Assembly: GCA_051294375.1 (NCBI GenBank)
Contig: CM119264.1
Span: 26,446,008-26,510,007, forward strand
From: Paraspadella gotoi
Lineage: Eukaryota > Animalia > Chaetognatha
Reading direction: 5' to 3'
Length of the DNA: 64,000 nucleotides
The notes beneath the pieces are model-generated. The model ran no database searches, had not been told where the DNA came from, and was given only the letters and a program-made list of their open reading frames with translations. Made by a program: the position numbers and the translations under genes. Below are positions 11,528-23,926 of this stretch, one piece after another (positions within the stretch are counted from its first letter, which is position 1; every line of letters starts with the position of its first letter).

Positions 11528-14500
11528 TTAATGGGCCTCGTGCTCGTTGAACCGCTCTTCTAAAAATTAATTTCACGTATTTATAACAATACTAGTATTG
11601 CACAAAAACATGAGACAAAACTTTTACAACAAATTAGATCGTTACTTTCGATCGCATTGGATCATTTTTATTACAAACGTAATTATTATTACTCGTAATA
11701 ATTCAGTCAACAACAGTAAACACTACGAATTTGTTACCTTCTCGTTCTTGTTCTTTTTTTTTTCTTTCTTCTTCCTGGCAACGTTTCTCTGGTATATTCT
11801 GGTAACAAATTTTGAACTTTTTCGCCGGCGCGTCCGGAAGACAACGACCGCCCAACTCGGGATGATAATCGCAAGTTTTACGCAGCTCCATGTAACCCTT
11901 CCTCTTTGCGGTCCCGTTGATAACCTCGATTGGGGACGAGCAAGTCGCGTTGCACTCACCCGCTTCTTCATATACGGGACTCCCATCAACTATTAAAAAA
12001 GTTAAACTACATGAAAAACCCTGGAATTTTTAAAAATTTAGTTTTGGATTAAATGAAACGTTAAAAAAAAATCACGCATGCAAAACAAAATTCTTTAATT
12101 GATTTTTAACTGAAATAGGGGCGACTTTTACGCAGCATAAAGGCAAAGACACTACAAGAGAAAAATAATGAAAGTATAATGAATTGAAAATAATTAGTAC
12201 AAGAAAATCAATTCTTATTTTTTAACATACATAAAGAGAAAATAAAGATAAATAGTTGTGTGAAGATGAGGATGAAAAACCGTGTAGAAGACCGGTGGTA
12301 AGTCGCCTCAAACGAAACATTAGTCGACACATATATACGTTTTTAAGATAAGTTAAATTTGTATTTATGGTTAAGGATTTAGGTTAAGGATTAGTATTTA
12401 AGATTAGAGGTTAAGATCAAAATTAAAGATTTAAGTGTTTATGGTTAGGGTTTAGTATTAAGTTACGGTTTGGGATTAGGATTAGAAATTAAGGTTAAGA
12501 ATTGGTTTAAAAATTTAAAAATATATTTAGGTTAAATATTAGGGTTAAAATTAAATCCTGGTGGCACTCTGGGAAAAGATAGCCAGAGGCAAAATATGGC
12601 AAGGGTTTTCGGCGAATTTTATAACTCCGCTGATCGTCAGCGTGTACCGCAGACGCAGCGTCGCGGCGCTGTATCGCGTTTGTTTTTTCCCGACCCGCCC
12701 GATTTTACAGCAGTATGTATTATTACAGCAAGCAAGTATTATTATCAAATTAAAACTTAAAACAACTTTTTCTATTATTCTATCATGCTAACCTTAATAA
12801 AATTTTTACTTACCTTCATATCTCTAAAATTAGAGTTTGGAAATAATTCAAAATAAAAGATGTGAGAAAGATCATTTGCATTTTTAGATAATTTTTTATA
12901 AAATATCTTATACAATGTTTTCGTCTAATCATAAGTTAACAAGTTTGAGCAAACAATGCCGGATCTGCGCACGATCATTAGCGGTAAACAGCTGATCAGA
13001 TAATTAATTAATATTAATTTTTTTTATTTGTGTCAAAATCGTTTTCCACTTTGTCTCGCCTCTCAATCACAAAACAACAATCACGATCACAAAATTAATT
13101 AATTACAAATAATTAATAATTAATTACTTATTTATTAAAAATTCATTAATGCAGCTTGAATTTACATTTAATATGAAAAAAGCATAATCAAATAGTGGAA
13201 TTTTTTTTTAATTTGTTTTTGCCATTTTAACTCTTTTTCACTTGGACGATTCCATCGAAACTTTATATCCTGCTCAATTACACACTTCTACGCCATAAAG
13301 GCCGTAGTAAAATTTAAAATTTAACTTTAATTAAAAATTTCTAAAAAGTGAGGACGAACAACATTATACTAATGAACATAATATATATAAAAAAATTTAT
13401 AATAAATTTTACAATTTACGCAGTAGGCCATATTTATACTAGTACTAATTCAATAAATGTTAAAATTTCAAAACAGTTTTTTTAAAGTTTTTTTTGCAGA
13501 TTCGGATTCGTCATAAAAAGTTGATAAAAAGAAATATAACCCTTTTTGAAAAATTCCTTCATTAAGTGGGTCAAAAATTAAAAAAAAGCTATATTTTAAG
13601 CTGAAAATTAACTTTTTATATATTAAATATAGTTTTTTAATTTTTAACCCACTTAATGAAAGAATTTTTAAAAATAATTAATATTTTCTGTTAACAACTT
13701 TTGACGAGGAATTCAAATCTGCAATCAAAATTAAGAAAAGCCTATTTGGAAATTTTTAGATTTTATAAGGATAGTATATATATATAATATAGCCCTACTG
13801 CGAAAATAAAAAACAAAATAATTTTTTTTACAAATTAATGTTTACTGATGGTATGTTGTTCATAATTTACTTTTAGAATTTCCATACGTAACTTTTACTA
13901 CGCCTTATTACCCCAAGTCACCCAAGTACCACATATACAAAATTTGAAGTCAATCGCTCCATTCACTCATGAGTAATTTGCGTTTAAATAGTGAAATATA
14001 TTTTTAGGTTTTTTCCATTTTAACTCGTTTCCACTCGGACGATTCCATCGAAACTTGATTTCCAGCTGAATCACACATTTTCCTACCCACACCCAAAATT
14101 TCATTCCAATACATCCATCAAATCTCGAGTAATTGGTGTTGTTTGCTAAAGTGGGACCGACGGACGGACAGACAGACAGATAGACGGACGGACATCATTT
14201 TTTTTTGCATAATTTATCATAATTTGATGTTCTGACATGATCTACGTGAATGCCTGACTAGATTGGGGGGGGTGGACGGACGGACCGACAAAGTGGATTA
14301 TAGAGTTAAGCAGATCCGAGTATCATTAAAACAGCTTCAACAAAAATTGAAAGAGGAAGGAAGAGAGAGAGATACAACTGCACACTACTAAACAAGCATA
14401 AGACTAAGTGTAAAAATATAATCTTGAAAAAATGACGTGATGGCCCTTTCTCAACGTATTGGTCGACACATGTACCTGTCTTGCAGTTGACTTCCGTCTG

Positions 14501-15117
14501 GCACAAGAAGGATCTCCCCCTTCCCTTGCAAACCTCGGCGCAAGAAGCCCAATAACCGTTCATACTACAGAAGCAGTTCGGAAAGGCTTCGCATTCCCGC
14601 GTGAGGTACCCGCAGCGCTCGTGATAGGTTTCTACAAAAAAATTGATCGGTCGGTCAGGACCAGCAAGAAATAAGAGGAGAGTTTGGCTTTTGAGGGAAC
14701 GAAACTGATTCCATTTAAGACGAAGCGACTAGCGCTATCATTAAAGATTAAGGGGATGACATCATAAGCTTAAGGGTCTATCATTAAAGGAATTTGAATG
14801 GTGATAGTCATTATTTTTTCCACGGTAAGTAATTCCCCACGAACGATTTGGTAAAAACAAGTTTTCTTTGTTTCGTAATATCTTTATCTTAAAGACAAAA
14901 CAATTATTTGTCTTTATTTTAACTTCAATGACTCTGAAAGAAAAAATCATTCAAATTTCAAAAATGTCAGTTGGGTACTGTGGTGCTTACCGTTGGGCGT
15001 CTTATTTTTAGAAATTCCTGAGACGTTGACGGCTTCTAAGTCATCGGCGGGGAAAGCATAAATATGCGCCAAGACAAGAGACAAGACAAAACACTGTTTA
15101 AATAAGTGTATTGCCAT
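11528..15117 (-). CDS. TSP1-array paralogue 1, about 188 aa, predicted secreted (exons 15117-14991, 14631-14476, 11989-11738, 11559-11528)
   Basis: All GT-AG, phase-1 junctions. MAIHLFKQCFVLSLVLAHIYA signal peptide; CEAFPNCFC..WASCAEVCKGRGRSFLC..C; VDGSP..ECNATCSSP..G..ELRKTC..LGGRC..C..C; charged tail, EERFNEHEAH*. Confidence 0.78.
13296..13907. mobile_element. ~600-bp AT-rich MITE (termini about ta-cagtaaggcgtagt, Tc1/mariner-like) nested in a HINE-like element
   Basis: taaaggccgtagtaaaa ... ttttactacgcctta, with an internal inverted repeat ttcattaagtgggt/acccacttaatgaa; copies at 30742-31363, 34006-34902 and in the mirrored region. Confidence 0.75.
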
Positions 15118-15825
15118 ATTTTTGTTATTAGTTTAAGTTTAAGTTTAAGTTTGTTATTAAGAAAAAAGCCGGCGTGGATTTGATCGTTTTGAAGCGTTTT
15201 TAGTAAAAGTTAATCTATAGATAAACAAGGGTGAAAAAAAAAATTAATATAAAAATATTTATCTTTATCTCTCTCTCTCTTTCTCTCTCTCTGTTTTTTT
15301 CCAGTGATCTCAAATTCCACATATATATATTATATAACATACGAGTATTCATATACGTATTACGGTCAAATTAATACAATTATCCCACTGTTGGAAATTA
15401 AATGACGACACGAATGACATAAACGATTCCTTTCACAGATTATGCTTCAATCATGGGTGAGAATTCGCTTGAGCCACTAAACCGAATGTTGTTGAGGTAC
15501 ATAATACAGGTTTATTGGCAGGTTAAAATCACAGGATCAGAGAGACGTTCAATTTACATGATATTGAGATGTGAGTGACTAAGAGAGCGCGGCCCTGGTT
15601 AAGGAAGAGAGAAAGAGAGGGAAAGAGAGAGAGAAAGAGAGAGAGAGTTAGTAACCGACTTCTCTCGCGACCATACGACAAAGTGACCAGCTGGGGTCAC
15701 CTTCGTCGTGACAATGTCATTGTTAATTCACAATTTTTCAGTTATTTGTCATTCGAGTCCGGTGATCTTTTCAACTGATCTTCAAGTAGAAAGAGGATGA
15801 GCCCATCGACTTTGTCGAATCGTCG

Positions 15826-17443
15826 CTAATCCTCGTTTTGTTCTCCTTCGTTAAGATTTCTTCGCTCATCTTCCTCCGCCCCCGCAGCAACCGCCTGTTC
15901 GATCGCGCGGGTCGGGCAGCAGACGTGCATTCGTGCGATCAGGCGACGCCGACGATCGTATGCTGCATTATTAAAAATTTGATTAGCAATCTTAAAAACA
16001 TTTGTAAAAATGTAATAGAGAGACATTTTGATAAACGCGTTCCAGTTAGAAAGAATTCAGGGTTAAAGTTTAAAAACGTTTCATTTTTAAGGATACAAGT
16101 TGAAATTTAAAAATGTCTCTCTATTACATTTTTCTAATTCAGTAATAAAAAATTCATAAAAAATATCAGATGGATTGGCCTTTTCGTTTGACCTGCAACT
16201 CTTCAGATAGGTTTCTTTTATTTTATATTATAATTAAAACCGATATAAAATGGGGTAGAATGCATCAAATGTTTAAAGTGAATACATTTTCGGAATCGCC
16301 AGGAGCTCAGCTTTCTGAATTTGTACTCCATTTTGGCCTATTTTGAAGTTGAATTGAATGACCCTTTTTCTTAACGAACCAAGAAAATATATCCTGTATA
16401 AAGTGAGGCCGTCCGATACGATAATAAATGGATTTTTTTTTTCGATAATTCTTTGTATTGGGGATTGGCGATTTAACCTTTACACAATCCCCACAGTGGT
16501 TCAATCCCTGAGGCAAAGCGGTATTACCAGTATAAGAAGCGGTATTAGCAGTATAACCGAACCAGTGGTAGGAGGTCACTACGCCAACAGTTCATTGATA
16601 ATGCTTATGTTGTGCAAATTTCTTTAAGAGACATAAGAGACAAACGAAAAATTCTTACCCGATTTGCAGATGAAAAGGATGAGTGCGATAACCACGAGCA
16701 ACGCAATAACGATTGCTGAAAAGTAAAATTGAGAATAAAATACAATATTATTGAAATAGCCAGTGTCGGGGTTTTAAGATGTTTTAAGATGTTGTAGGAT
16801 GTTTTATGTCCTTTCAATCCTTTTAATTCATTTTTAATTAAGCCCACTCTTGATCACTTGGTTGGTTCTAAATAAATGGATATGCTCAATTGCTCATGGC
16901 TGCCCGTATTTGCTGCAGGTTATGATTCATTATATCAGAACTGTCTACCACCGACAATCATTAAGCCGACTCTACAAAAATTTCCGTTCATCAGTTGACT
17001 TCGAGTGAGGGAATCCCTTGGGCATCATCTTACCATCACCCCTCACTTTATCATCCCTTACAGCCTATCGGATGACCCTGAGGCATTTTACAAGTGGCTC
17101 ATCAGTAATCTGCCGGCTCAAGCTGCATTATTTGTAAATAAATTGGGTACATAGTATAGCACCAGTCAGACCGAAGTCTACTCGTAAAAAGATTACTAAA
17201 AAATAATAAGTAAACTCACCAGAAAAGATATAGATGCACTTTGGTATCGCGATGCTGCAAGAACGTTCTCGCACGCGACTCTCTCCCGGACAGCATCGAC
17301 TTCCGGCCTTCGGCATGCAGTCGCACCTCATCTGCATCTTTTGTTTTCCGATGTAGTGGTATATGCCGTCGATTAATTTTCGCGTGCGAAAAGCAGGTGG
17401 CGTCACAGGATGTCCACGAGTCCACCGGACGAGACGACCATCG

Positions 17444-17490
<47 letters not shown>

Positions 17491-18373
17491 AGAAGAGAGA
17501 GAGAAAAGAAGAGAGAGAGAGAGAGATTAGTTGGATCGTTAGAGGAAAGGAAAGTGTAGAGGGTTTAACTTTTAAGCCACAAATACTTATTTCTAATTGA
17601 TATTGCTAATGATTTTTTTACAAGGTTACATGGTTGAATAAAAATGATTTTTAGATTGCAAACTTGTAATTAAATCTAAAAACTATGTCTGTTACAATCA
17701 AGATGAAGGGAATGTGACACCACAAGAGAATAATGCAATAATGAATCAATAATGATATTAATTCCTAATCACTAATTACAGTTAATAAATAAATATCTCC
17801 CACCTCAATTTATTTTTAGACGAAGCAGAGGATAAACTTGAGGTTATGGAATAAATTATTTATCAAATCGTATTTATATTGATACGTTTAATAAATAAAT
17901 GCTTAAAACTTTGAAAATGAAGGGAACAAAGAGATACTTTTTAAAAGCGATCCTACGGAGAGAAAAAAATACAAAGAATTTTGGACGATGAAAGCCTTTG
18001 ATTGATTGAAAAAAACAACGTAAAAAAGCTTACCCCCCATGCAGGCAGGGACCTCCATGCATCCTTTCTTCCTTGGTCTAAACCCCGGGGCTCCACAAAT
18101 AACTCCGCAGGATTCGGGCCACCCCGTGATGGCGCTGCGATAACAAAATGGCGGCGTCGAGCACTGATTTTCGACGCCGCCGACTGGCGAGACTTTGGCA
18201 GCGGCGCCGCGATTTTCGGTTAAGTTAAACGTGGCCGCGAGATTCTTGTAGAGAAGGACGTTTTCGGTGGGGTAAGGTTTTTTTAAAGTCGCGTTTAAAT
18301 CTCCGAGAGTGGACGGAATAGAACTACAGACGATTAATAATCCCGTGAGATCAATGGAATTTGCGGAAGCCAT
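15826..18373 (-). CDS. TSP1-array paralogue 2, about 252 aa type I membrane protein (exons 18373-18034, 17444-17220, 16715-16659, 15962-15826)
   Basis: CSTPPFC..WPESCGVICGAPG..C..C; TSP1 exon beginning VDG (the WTSCDATC motif lies in a shifted frame); TM exon AIVIALLVVIALILFICK; tail YDRRRR...EQNED*; all junctions GT-AG phase 1. Confidence 0.78.
16006..16133. repeat. Short inverted-repeat element (MITE-like)
   Basis: aaaaatgtaatagagagacatttt ... aaaatgtctctctattacattttt. Confidence 0.65.
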
Positions 18374-20133
18374 TTTAAAAATAAAAGTTTTTTTTTTTTT
18401 TTTTTTTTAGATAAAAAGGTGCGGCGAGAATTTCGTGAAGCGACCTAAACTGTTGTTGTATGTTGTATGTTGAGTGGAATCGATCGAAAATCGGAAGGCG
18501 ATTGAATTAACTTGAGTCGCGACCGAGGAGTGTCAATTGTCGAGACTGGTCGACCCCCGGATGTGGCTGCATAACTTGAAAGAACTTTGTCCCTGCTTTT
18601 ATCACTATACCCAAGAATTTCGTTGAATCTGCTGCCGAAAAACAGATCAGAAATGGCGTCGAGAAAACTGATAACTGATAACATTTATCTCTCTTAAACG
18701 ACGTTGTTATAAAGTTATATAATATATATATATAGTTTGACAGTTTATTTTTATTTAAATTTGTATTAAATGAACGATGTTTTTGGTTTCAATAACATGA
18801 TAAAAACTCTATAACGTTATTCGTTGTCGTTGTTGTTGTTCGCCTTGCTGATATTTAGTCGTCTCGATGATATTACAATGTCAATGATTTTTTTGAAGTA
18901 GTTTATATGAATTTGCCTTTTGTTCGAAATTGTCCCGTTGGTTAATTTATTTTAAAATGTAATGTATAAAAATGTTAATTTTACAATAAAATTATCATTC
19001 GTGATCGAAATACAACTGACCTTTGTGCTGGTTTTTCTATCTTAGTTGTAACAGTAATTTATAAGTGGGTTTTCTGGATGATTTGTATAATTTGTATAAT
19101 TTGTATATCATAACAATGATATATCAATGATATATCAAAAAATATCACAAGAGGAGCCAATTAACGATGGTATTAGTATTCTCATAATTAGTATACATGG
19201 ACGAAAACGTCGGATAGTTAACACATATTATAAAGTCAAGGGTATGCTAATTTTTTCATACAGTAGCATCCATCAAGAGTTTCCGAGACGGCAAGCTCTA
19301 TAACTGAAATACATTTATAATTATCAGAAAAAATCTTTAGCAAAAAGTATGGTTATGTCTGTGGCTACTACCCCTTCGGTAAGCCAACACTCTCTTTTAG
19401 GACATTGGGATAAAAGGATAAAAGGAAAGCTCCCGGACTCAAACTCCCAACTTTTAAATTATTATGTCAAAAAGTTAACCACTTTGCTAATCCACCAGTT
19501 AAAAAAATACTCAAGAGTTTTGATATATATACTTTATAACATCTATTTTTAACAAACTTAGCAAAAAGTATTATTCTTAATCAAAATAGGTACGCTAACA
19601 AATAAATAGTTTGCTTCAATAAGGGGGAGTAGTAGTAGTAGCCAATATGTGTACTCGATATCAAGACAAAAACTCTCTTTCAAATTATCATTTGTACTCG
19701 AGTTACAGTTAACTATTAACTATTAACTCTCAAACATTAAACCTTAAACACCCCTAACTCTTACCACCCCAAACCCTTTCCATCCCCAACACCTGATCAC
19801 AACTAACCCCTAACCAGTGGTTAGTAACCACACCTAATCCCTACCTATCCTCAACCACCCATAGTCCCTTCCTTAAAAGAATTTAATTTAATCATAATTT
19901 AATTTTCGTCCGTTTTTCAGTTGCAATTAAATTGTATGTAGTCTAAGAAAAAGTCATTGTGTACCAACTTATCTTAACATAAAAAAAATCCGCAATGTAA
20001 GAAATGTGTTATGAATATTAAGACAATTGAGATATTAAATTTGAAGTGTTAAATTTTGAAAAAAGCTTTTTGTTTTTGTTCTTTTGGCAGGTAAAAGATG
20101 GACGACGACGAGAAAATTTTCCAGAGCACTCTA

Positions 20134-23041
20134 TCAATCAGAACCGGGTCTTTGCCCAATGAGGTTGTTGGGGTATAAGTCAACTGCTTCTTCTTCATCA
20201 CTAACTCGTTCGGATTTATTCGGCCAGAACATGGCTCGAAGTTTTTTTTCATTTTTTTTAGCTGAAAAACAAAGTTTTAAATACCATTATCAATTATGAA
20301 TAAGTTTTCTCTGGATTTGGGTCTCGTAAGTATTTCTCATTCAGGGAAAATCACCTTTTTTGAAAAGAACGAGAATGATAACAATGACGATGAAGAATCC
20401 CACGACCGCACCGATCACAATGTATACTTTTATCCTCTTCTCGTCTTATTAAGAATTGTCAACAAATATGCATTTATATACAAAATTTTATTTATTTACG
20501 TGTGAGTATGATAATGACATATTTTTAAAGTAATTTCTAATTATAAGTTTAGCTATAGACATTTGAAATTTGTGATTCTCTCACCTTCTTCTTCTTTTCG
20601 GCACTGGTCTTCCATGTTTCTTTTACACTCTTCCAATATGCTTTCAGGCGAGTCCAGACAACAATGACCACCGAGATCGGGTCGACAATCATCGCATATT
20701 TTGTTCAAGGATCGATAACCAAGGCGCATTGTAGTTCCTTCGATGACCTCACTCGGGGATGAGCAAGACGCGTTGCACGGAGTCGCCTCTACATAGGAGG
20801 GGCTGCCATCAACTGGAAGAAAATAAACATCAAATTCACTTAGGTGTTGACGAGACTTTTTAAACTAAAAATAAAAAAATAAGAGAAAAAAAATTATTAA
20901 TAGCTTTTTTTTTTTAAATAAAAGAAACAATTTGACAGTTAAAACGATAAAATAGCTAATAGCTAATAGCTTTAAAATTCAAATGAAAGCAAGTTGTAAG
21001 GACATCGCATGCACAGGTTATTCAATATTTAAATAGTCTTTGTGGGTATTACAAGTGCATTTATTTTTTGCCAATATTATATAATTGAACTGCCTTGAAA
21101 ATTGGTTCCGCTTTGTGAATTTAAATTTTGGCAAAATAAAAATGAAAGCACTTTTTAAAGAACAAAACCAAAGATAGGACAATCCGAAAATTTCAAAGTG
21201 TTGATACGCAGCGCTTTTTTTCGTGGATTCATTTATCGTTAATCACGTGATTAGTAATTATACAAACTATTCCGTATTGACTTTCCAATCACGAGAACGC
21301 ATTTCCATATGGTTACATGACAATACTACAAGTATGAAACATAACTTCAAGAAGTATTCGCTGATTCTTTATCAATCTGCCGAATAGTAAACCTAATGAC
21401 TTGGTATTTCTGGTCACCCGATCATTTTTTTAATGTAATCACTGATTGCACATTGCACAAGTATGATATGTATACCCATTAACGGCCCTTTGGTACCTTA
21501 CCTGCCTTCAACTAAAAACACAAAACGTGAAAAAATGAAAGAAGGACGGGGCGCTTAACCCGCCTGCAACACGGTGTTACAGCCTGAAACCGCTTATATT
21601 GAACGATTCTGTCTCTAACACACAACAATCATTACTATCTTTTCAGCCTTTTATCGTCGCACTAATATTGTTTTGGAGAAATATTATATAATGATAATAA
21701 ATTACTAATAATAAACAAATTCCAAATTACCTAATAATATCTAAAATAAGATTATGGCGATAATTTAGAAATAGAAGTTCATGTCAGAACATCGAATTAT
21801 GATAAATTATGCAACAAAAATGATGTCCATCCGTCCGTTCGTCCGTCTGGCTGTCCGTCCGTCCAACCTTAGCAAAAAACTTTAATTACTCGTGATTAGA
21901 TGGTTTAATTGGAATGAAATTTTGTGGGTGGGTAGGAAAGTGTGTGATTGAGCAGGATATAAAGTTTCGTTGGAATCGTGCGAGTGGAAATTAGTTAAAA
22001 TGGAAAAAACAAAAGTCATATTTACTTGAAGTATTTTTACTTATAATTATTATAATTATTATATTTATTAATCCATGGTATAATCCTTTCTTTCGTTGTT
22101 TTTGAGAGAATAACAAAGTTTTTGATTTAATTTGTACAACAATTTTATTTTTTTATCTTAGCAGACATGTTTCGGCTCACAAATTCGAGCCTTCATCAGC
22201 GCTTTTTTACAGTTTTGAAATTGAACATATTTTGTGAGTTAAAGAAAGGGAGAGAGAGAGAGAAAGAGAGAGAGAGAGAAAATTCATAAATGAAGAGAGA
22301 TGAAAATTAAAGCTCCACATTGTGTTGGGTAAGTACTAAATCCTTTTTCCTCTTACCCTTCTTACAATTGTCTTCCGTCTTGCACATTTCCGACCTCATA
22401 CGTCCTTTGCAGACCAAGAGACAAGATTCCCATTCTGGGATGTCCTTGCTACAAAAGCAGTAAGGAGCGTCTTCGCATTTCTCCCGCGTTAGGGGTCCAC
22501 AAACTTCGTCGTCGAACTCTTTTAGAACAAAAATAAATAGGATGTTGACCGCAAAACTATTTTTTTTGGATGTACTAAACTATACGTACTCTTTAATTTT
22601 TTTTTTCAAAGAAAGAAGTAATATTAGCCATAGCCGATAAAATTTAAATGCTCATGTATAGAGCATTAAAGCATTATAGTATTAAATTTTTTTTTAAATT
22701 GTTTTTTTCTGTATAGAGCCACATAAGAAATTTTTTGTCCATTGAAAGTATACTTAAAAATATTAAAATTTTCGTTTGAGCCTCTACATTTTTGACTCAC
22801 CCCATTCAGTGGGGCTACCCCTAGTAATTTAAGGATTTCATCCTGTAAATGAAGAATATTTAAACTTGATATTAATAAAATTATGTTTACCTCCTTCAAA
22901 GCGATCGGTTGAGATCTTGGAAACGTTGGCGACACTTGAGTAAGTAGTGTCGTTGAGATCCTGATTGGTTGACGATTGAACGGAGTTGACAGAAAAGAAA
23001 GCCCATATGAGCGACATCACTATGTGAGACGTCATTCTCAT
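20134..23041 (-). CDS. TSP1-array paralogue 3, about 252 aa type I membrane protein (exons 23041-22891, 22518-22357, 20812-20585, 20444-20355, 20261-20134)
   Basis: Signal peptide MRMTSHIVMSLIWAFFSVNSVQS; CEDAPYCFC..WESCLLVCKGRMRSEMC..C; VDGSP..PCNASCSSP..G..C..LGGHCC; TM VYIVIGAVVGFFIVIVIILVLFKK; tail with DLYP; intact phase-1 GT-AG junctions. Confidence 0.85.
22160..22203 (-). ncRNA. Minimal type I hammerhead ribozyme of the Penelope-like-element type
   Basis: Minus strand agcg-CUGAUGA-a-ggcuc(gaauuugu)gagcc-GAAA-caug-UC-ugcu: full catalytic core, stem II, palindromic CAUG stem III, stem I agcg/ugcu. Confidence 0.8.
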
Positions 23042-23926
23042 TTTGAAAATTGGAATGTTTACTGTTTAATGTTTCCTGATGTGATTAGAAATTAGATGAG
23101 AAATTAAATTCGACGGCGAATCGAACGATGAATTCGTCGGATTCGCTCGCTTAGCGTTTTTAAAACACACGGAACTGAAAATGCAATTAATCATGAATGA
23201 TTTTAACAGAGTTAAAAAACAAATTTCCTACAGAATTTCAAACCGGAATAAAAAGGAAAATTCTTGCATTTGAAGAGATATTTAAAAATGTGGGTTCGTC
23301 TTCCAGAAGTATTTGTCTGAGTAATCAGAAATCAGAATGACAAAAATTTTTTCACGACCACAATGACAGCCTTTTTCCTTTTATAGTTTTTTTTTAGTTT
23401 TAAACCTATACCTACCAAGATTAGAAAACAAAAGGCTAAAAAACAAAAATTTCAGCGTTGAAAAGAAAGAAAAAAACGATGATCTAGCAAGCGCCTCTTG
23501 CCCCACTGAACCTTGAAATATATTAATACGAATTGTTTTCAATGCTTCCAAGACATACTAATTATTAAAATATTTGGCTAAGACTTTTAAACAATGAATT
23601 TAAATTTTAAGTATCAAATAGGAGTAAAAAAGTTGCAAAAAAAGCTCCTGAAATGAAAGCGCACCAGTTGTTATGACTTAAAGTATTCGCAATTTATTAT
23701 ATAAGAACATAACGTCATATCTAAATGACGTATATGAAAAATTGCAAGATTGTGATTACGATTATGATTACTTGTTTTACTATATTATTCTGGAAATAGA
23801 GGGAGCATCTATACAACTCAAGGTTAAATGTTACTTTCTGCCCTAGTTTTCTAATTAGATATTAGACATCATTCTTGTTAAGAAGTCATTTATTGAAAAT
23901 TCTAAATATCTGAAATGTCTGAACAG

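Noticed and set aside
12360-12560. Telomere-like ttaggg/ttaagg tracts (also 19730-19870, 28620-28735)
   Set aside because: Highly degenerate and interstitial; more likely internal parts of repeats than telomeres.
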